Part shown: positions 60,598-64,000 of the stretch, piece after piece
Position numbering within the stretch: position 1 is the first letter of the stretch
Layout of the letters: every line of letters starts with the position of its first letter
Source of the DNA: an uncultured bacterium
GTDB taxonomy: Bacteria > Krumholzibacteriota > Krumholzibacteriia > JACNKJ01
DNA length: 64,000 bases
NCBI GenBank assembly: GCA_963695095.1
Contig: CAVOFT010000001.1
Coordinates: 1,984,001 to 2,048,000 of the forward strand
Direction of reading: 5' to 3'
Program-made: the position numbers and the translations under genes
The notes under the pieces: generated by a model
Seen by the model: the letters and a program-made list of their open reading frames with translations, nothing else
What the model was told of the DNA's origin: nothing
Databases searched by the model: none

Positions 60598-61124
60598 TCC
60601 TGGGTCTCCAGCAGGCGGCCGAACTCCTGTTCGAGATCGCGCATCTCATCGCGCAGCCGCGCCGCCGCCTCGAAGCGCTCCTCGCTCACCGCGAGTTGGA
60701 TGCTCTCCTTGACGCCGAGGATGCGCCGCCGCAGGTCGATGCGCCGGCCGAAATTGCGCGGCATCTTGCCGCGGTGCGCCTCGCTGCCGTGATACTCGCG
60801 CAGCAAGCGGGTCATATCGCCCATGAAGGTCTGGTAGCAACTCGGGCAGCCGAGGCGCTCGCTGCGCTCGAAGTCCGCAAAGGTGAGGCCACAGTCGGGA
60901 CAGGCCAGCGCGGCGCCGGCGCCGCGATCGTCGGCCAGGCGATGGATGATCTCGCTCCAGAGGGCGCGCGTATCCATGCGGCCGCCGCGCAGCTCATCGG
61001 CCGGGATGCCGCGGGCGATCCCGCATTCGGCGCACAGCAGGGCAGCCCGGCGGCCGGCCCCGTCCACTTCCGTGAAGCGTAGACGCGCCTCGCGCGTGCC
61101 GCAACCCTCGCAGATCTCGCGCAT
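60594..61124 (-). CDS. mcsA: McsA (CxxC-repeat plus UVR domain protein)
   Basis: [37 protein letters not shown]. Confidence 0.92.
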   Translation of the reverse strand: MREICEGCGTREARLRFTEVDGAGRRAALLCAECGIARGIPADELRGGRMDTRALWSEIIHRLADDRGAGAALACPDCGLTFADFERSERLGCPSCYQTFMGDMTRLLREYHGSEAHRGKMPRNFGRRIDLRRRILGVKESIQLAVSEERFEAAARLRDEMRDLEQEFGRLLETQE

Positions 61125-61177
61125 GGATCCGCACCTCCTGTCAGAATATAGAGCAAGGACAGGGATGCCGAAAGCCC

Positions 61178-61861
61178 TCAGACCGGGCCCAGCCGACCCG
61201 CGACGAGCTGCAGCCGGCGTTCGGCGCGGGCGGCCAGGGCTTGATCGTGCGTGACGATGAGCAGACCCGACCCTGCGTCGGCACAGAGCGCGAAGAGCAA
61301 GTCCGCGACCTCCTGGCCCGTCGCCGCATCGAGGTTGCCGGTGGGCTCGTCGGCGAGCACCAGGCGCGGCCGACCCATCAGCGCTCGCGCGACGGCCACG
61401 CGCTGCTGCTCCCCACCCGAAAGTTCTCCCGGCCGGTGGTCTTCGCGAGACGCGAGCCCGACCTGTCCGAGCAAGCTGCGGGCACGGGCGAAGGCGGCGC
61501 CCTGCGCCCCGCCCCCGCTGGCGATCAGGGCCGGCAGGGCGACGTTCTCCAGGGCCGAGAACTCAGGCAGCAAGTGGTGGAACTGGAAGATGAAGCCCAG
61601 CTCGCGGCGCCGGAACGCCGTCGTGGCGCGCGCGCCGGCGGCGAGCAGGTCCCGGCCGTCGAAATGGAGGCTGCCCGCATCCGGCCTGTCGAGGGTGCCG
61701 AGGATGTGCAGCAGCGTGCTCTTGCCGCTGCCGCTCGAGCCGGCGATGGCCAGGCTCCGGCCGGCGGCGAGTTCCAGCGAGCAGTCGGCGAGCACCTCCA
61801 CGCGCCGGTGCGCCGTCACGAAGCTGCGGGCCAGGCCCGCAGCGCGGAGCAGATCAGCCAC
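61178..61861 (-). CDS. lolD: Lipoprotein-releasing ABC transporter ATP-binding protein
   Basis: [44 protein letters not shown]. Confidence 0.92.
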   Translation of the reverse strand: MADLLRAAGLARSFVTAHRRVEVLADCSLELAAGRSLAIAGSSGSGKSTLLHILGTLDRPDAGSLHFDGRDLLAAGARATTAFRRRELGFIFQFHHLLPEFSALENVALPALIASGGGAQGAAFARARSLLGQVGLASREDHRPGELSGGEQQRVAVARALMGRPRLVLADEPTGNLDAATGQEVADLLFALCADAGSGLLIVTHDQALAARAERRLQLVAGRLGPV

Positions 61862-63092
61862 GGATGCCTCCTTCCCCCTGCAAGGATTCCAGCGGTCGCC
61901 GGCGCAGGGCCTCGAGCCCCGGCAGCACCAGCGCGAAGAACGCGACCAGCACCGCCGCCGCGCCGATGCTCAGCACGAGGCTGGGGCTCAGACGCGCCGG
62001 CAGGTGGTCGATGAAGTAGACCTCACCCGGCAGGGACAGCGGGTGATGCTCGAACCAGCCGATGAGCCCGACGCCCAGCAGGCTGCCGGCCAGCACACCC
62101 GCCGCGCCCAGCAGCCAGCCTTCGATCAGGTAAACCCCCAGCACGGCGGCCCGGCTCGCCCCGAGGGCGAGCAGCAGGCCGATCTCGCGGCTGCGCTCGG
62201 TGACGATGATCGTCATCGAGCCGGCGATGTTGAAGCCCGCCACCAGGATGATCAGGCTCAGCGCCAGGAAGAGCACGCTGCGCATCGTCGTGATCCAGCG
62301 AAAGATCTCGCCGTTGAGGTCCCGCCAGCTGGCCACCTGCCAGCGCGTGGGATCGAGCCTGAGGCGCAGGGCGGAGGCCACCGGTGCCGCCTCGTCCACC
62401 TGCGCCAGGCGCAAGCCCAGCCCGTCCGCGCCCGCCTGCGGGCGCCAGGCCCGCTGGGCGACACCGAGGTCCAGATAGGCGAAGCGGCGGTCGAATTCGT
62501 AGAGCCCCGTGCGCACGTACCCCAGCACGAGGAAGCGCGTGTGCTGCGCTCGCGCCGTGTCGCCCTCGAGCAGGGTGGTGAAGGTGACCGTCTCGCCGGG
62601 CAGCACGCCGAGTTCCTCCGCCAGGGCCGCGCCGAGGAGCAGGCCCGGCCCCTCGGGGGCGGCGAAGCCCGCGAAGGGCGGATCGCAGCTCGCGAAGAGC
62701 CGCGTCACGGCCGCCTCCCGCTCGGCATCGACCCCGCGCAGGATCACGCCGCGCAGGCGCAGCCCGCTGCGCTCGCCGCTGGTCAGCACGCCCTTCTGCT
62801 GGATGAAGGGGCTCGCGGCCGCCACGCCCGGCAGCGTCGCCGTCCAGGCCAGCTCCTCGGCGCCCAGGGACAGCGAGCCCCGCTCGCTGCCCGTGATGAA
62901 GACGCCCGGGTTCATGTCCGTGAGCAGGGCGAGCACCTCGGCCTGGAAGCCCTGCACGAAGGCGAACACGGTGAGCAGGGTCGCCACGCCGACGGCGACC
63001 CCCACGGCCGCGAGCAGGCTGACGCGGCCGAGGAAGCCCCCCCGCCGCGAACGGGCGAGATGCTTGAGCGCCAGCCACAGCGACAGGGACAT
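61854..63092 (-). CDS. Lipoprotein-releasing ABC transporter permease (LolC/E)
   Basis: [49 protein letters not shown]. Confidence 0.9.
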   Translation of the reverse strand: MSLSLWLALKHLARSRRGGFLGRVSLLAAVGVAVGVATLLTVFAFVQGFQAEVLALLTDMNPGVFITGSERGSLSLGAEELAWTATLPGVAAASPFIQQKGVLTSGERSGLRLRGVILRGVDAEREAAVTRLFASCDPPFAGFAAPEGPGLLLGAALAEELGVLPGETVTFTTLLEGDTARAQHTRFLVLGYVRTGLYEFDRRFAYLDLGVAQRAWRPQAGADGLGLRLAQVDEAAPVASALRLRLDPTRWQVASWRDLNGEIFRWITTMRSVLFLALSLIILVAGFNIAGSMTIIVTERSREIGLLLALGASRAAVLGVYLIEGWLLGAAGVLAGSLLGVGLIGWFEHHPLSLPGEVYFIDHLPARLSPSLVLSIGAAAVLVAFFALVLPGLEALRRRPLESLQGEGGIRG

Positions 63093-64000
63093 CAGGCCTC
63101 GGGCCGCATCATCGGGAAGAGCAGGACCTCGCGGATGTGATGGGAGTCGGTGAGCAGCATCGCCAGGCGGTCGATGCCGATGCCGAGTCCGGCCGTGGGC
63201 GGCATGCCCACCTCGAGGGCGCGCAGGAAGTCCTCGTCGAGCACCTGGGCCTCCTCGTCGCCCTTGGCGCGCAGGCCCATCTGCGACTCGAAGCGCCGGC
63301 GCTGCTCGGCCGGGTCGTTCAGCTCGCTGAAGGCGTTGGCCACTTCGAAGCCGGCGATGAAGGGCTCGAAGCGCTCGACCTGGCCCGGCTTCTCGCGGTG
63401 CTCCTTGGCCAGGGGGCTGATGTCCTGGGGATGGTCGACGATGAAGGTGGGCTGGATGAGGGCCGGCTCCACGAGGCGCGCGGCGAGAGCGTCCAGCAGC
63501 TTGCCGCGGCTCCAGGCGGGGTCCACCGCGGCGCCCTTGGCCGCGGCGAGAGCGGCCAGCTCCGCCGCCGGCGCCTCGCGCAGGTCCCGCCCGGCTGCGT
63601 CGGCGAGGGCGGCATAGTAGTCCAGGCGCGGCCAGGGCGGCGTCAGGTCGATCTTGTGCTCGCCGTAGGCGATCACCGGCCCGCCACACAGCGCGACCGC
63701 GAGTTCGCAGTACAGCGACTCCACGAGCGGCATCAGGTCGTGGTAGTCCCAGTAGGCCGCGTAGGCTTCGAGCATCGTGAACTCGGGGTTGTGCGTGCGG
63801 TCCATGCCCTCGTTGCGAAAGATCTTGCCGATCTCGAAGACGCGCTCCATCCCGCCCACGATGAGCCGCTTCAGGTAGAGTTCGTCGGCGATGCGCAGGT
63901 AGAGCCGGGTGTCCAGCGCATTGTGCTGCGTGACGAAGGGCCGCGCCGTGGCGCCCCCGTAGAGCGGCTGCAGGATGGGCGTCTCCACCTCCAGGAAGCC
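63092..64000 (-). CDS. lysS: Lysine--tRNA ligase (class II; runs off the right edge)
   Basis: [50 protein letters not shown]. Confidence 0.98.
   Translation of the reverse strand, partial: GFLEVETPILQPLYGGATARPFVTQHNALDTRLYLRIADELYLKRLIVGGMERVFEIGKIFRNEGMDRTHNPEFTMLEAYAAYWDYHDLMPLVESLYCELAVALCGGPVIAYGEHKIDLTPPWPRLDYYAALADAAGRDLREAPAAELAALAAAKGAAVDPAWSRGKLLDALAARLVEPALIQPTFIVDHPQDISPLAKEHREKPGQVERFEPFIAGFEVANAFSELNDPAEQRRRFESQMGLRAKGDEEAQVLDEDFLRALEVGMPPTAGLGIGIDRLAMLLTDSHHIREVLLFPMMRPEA

Overview
A very GC-rich stretch of core chromosome from a diderm bacterium. The lpxC-fabZ fusion, bacillithiol genes and mcsA-mcsB-clpC suggest an FCB-associated candidate lineage such as Krumholzibacteria/Latescibacteria/Eisenbacteria (inference). 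Almost all genes are on the minus strand. From left to right: thrS; tRNA-Val; a stand-alone ClpA/B second-ring AAA+ ATPase; dnaK; a CapK/PaaK-like ligase; tRNA-Leu/Cys/Gly; glgA-galT-SPOR; a ~17 kb Wzy-type exopolysaccharide locus with an ExeA-like ATPase; an LPS-core/dTDP-sugar operon; add; a tightly coupled nadB-Memo-methyltransferase-bshC-bshB1-bshA operon; a lipid A/BamA operon; clpC-mcsB-mcsA; lolD-lolC/E; lysS. I see no CRISPR array, IS or prophage. The best leads are: (1) a candidate sigma-54 (-24/-12) regulon covering the mini-Clp ATPase, dnaK, wza, degT and an orphan lipoprotein; (2) a D2-only Clp ATPase that keeps an IGF ClpP-docking loop; (3) an McsB that has lost its catalytic residues; (4) a bacillithiol operon coupled to a methyltransferase and a Memo protein, with a shortened, divergent BshC (possible N-methylated or otherwise modified thiol); (5) all four tRNA genes ending in CCG rather than CCA. 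Frameshifts in thrS, the AAA gene, glgA, lpxC-fabZ, clpC and mcsB look like consensus or sequencing indels.
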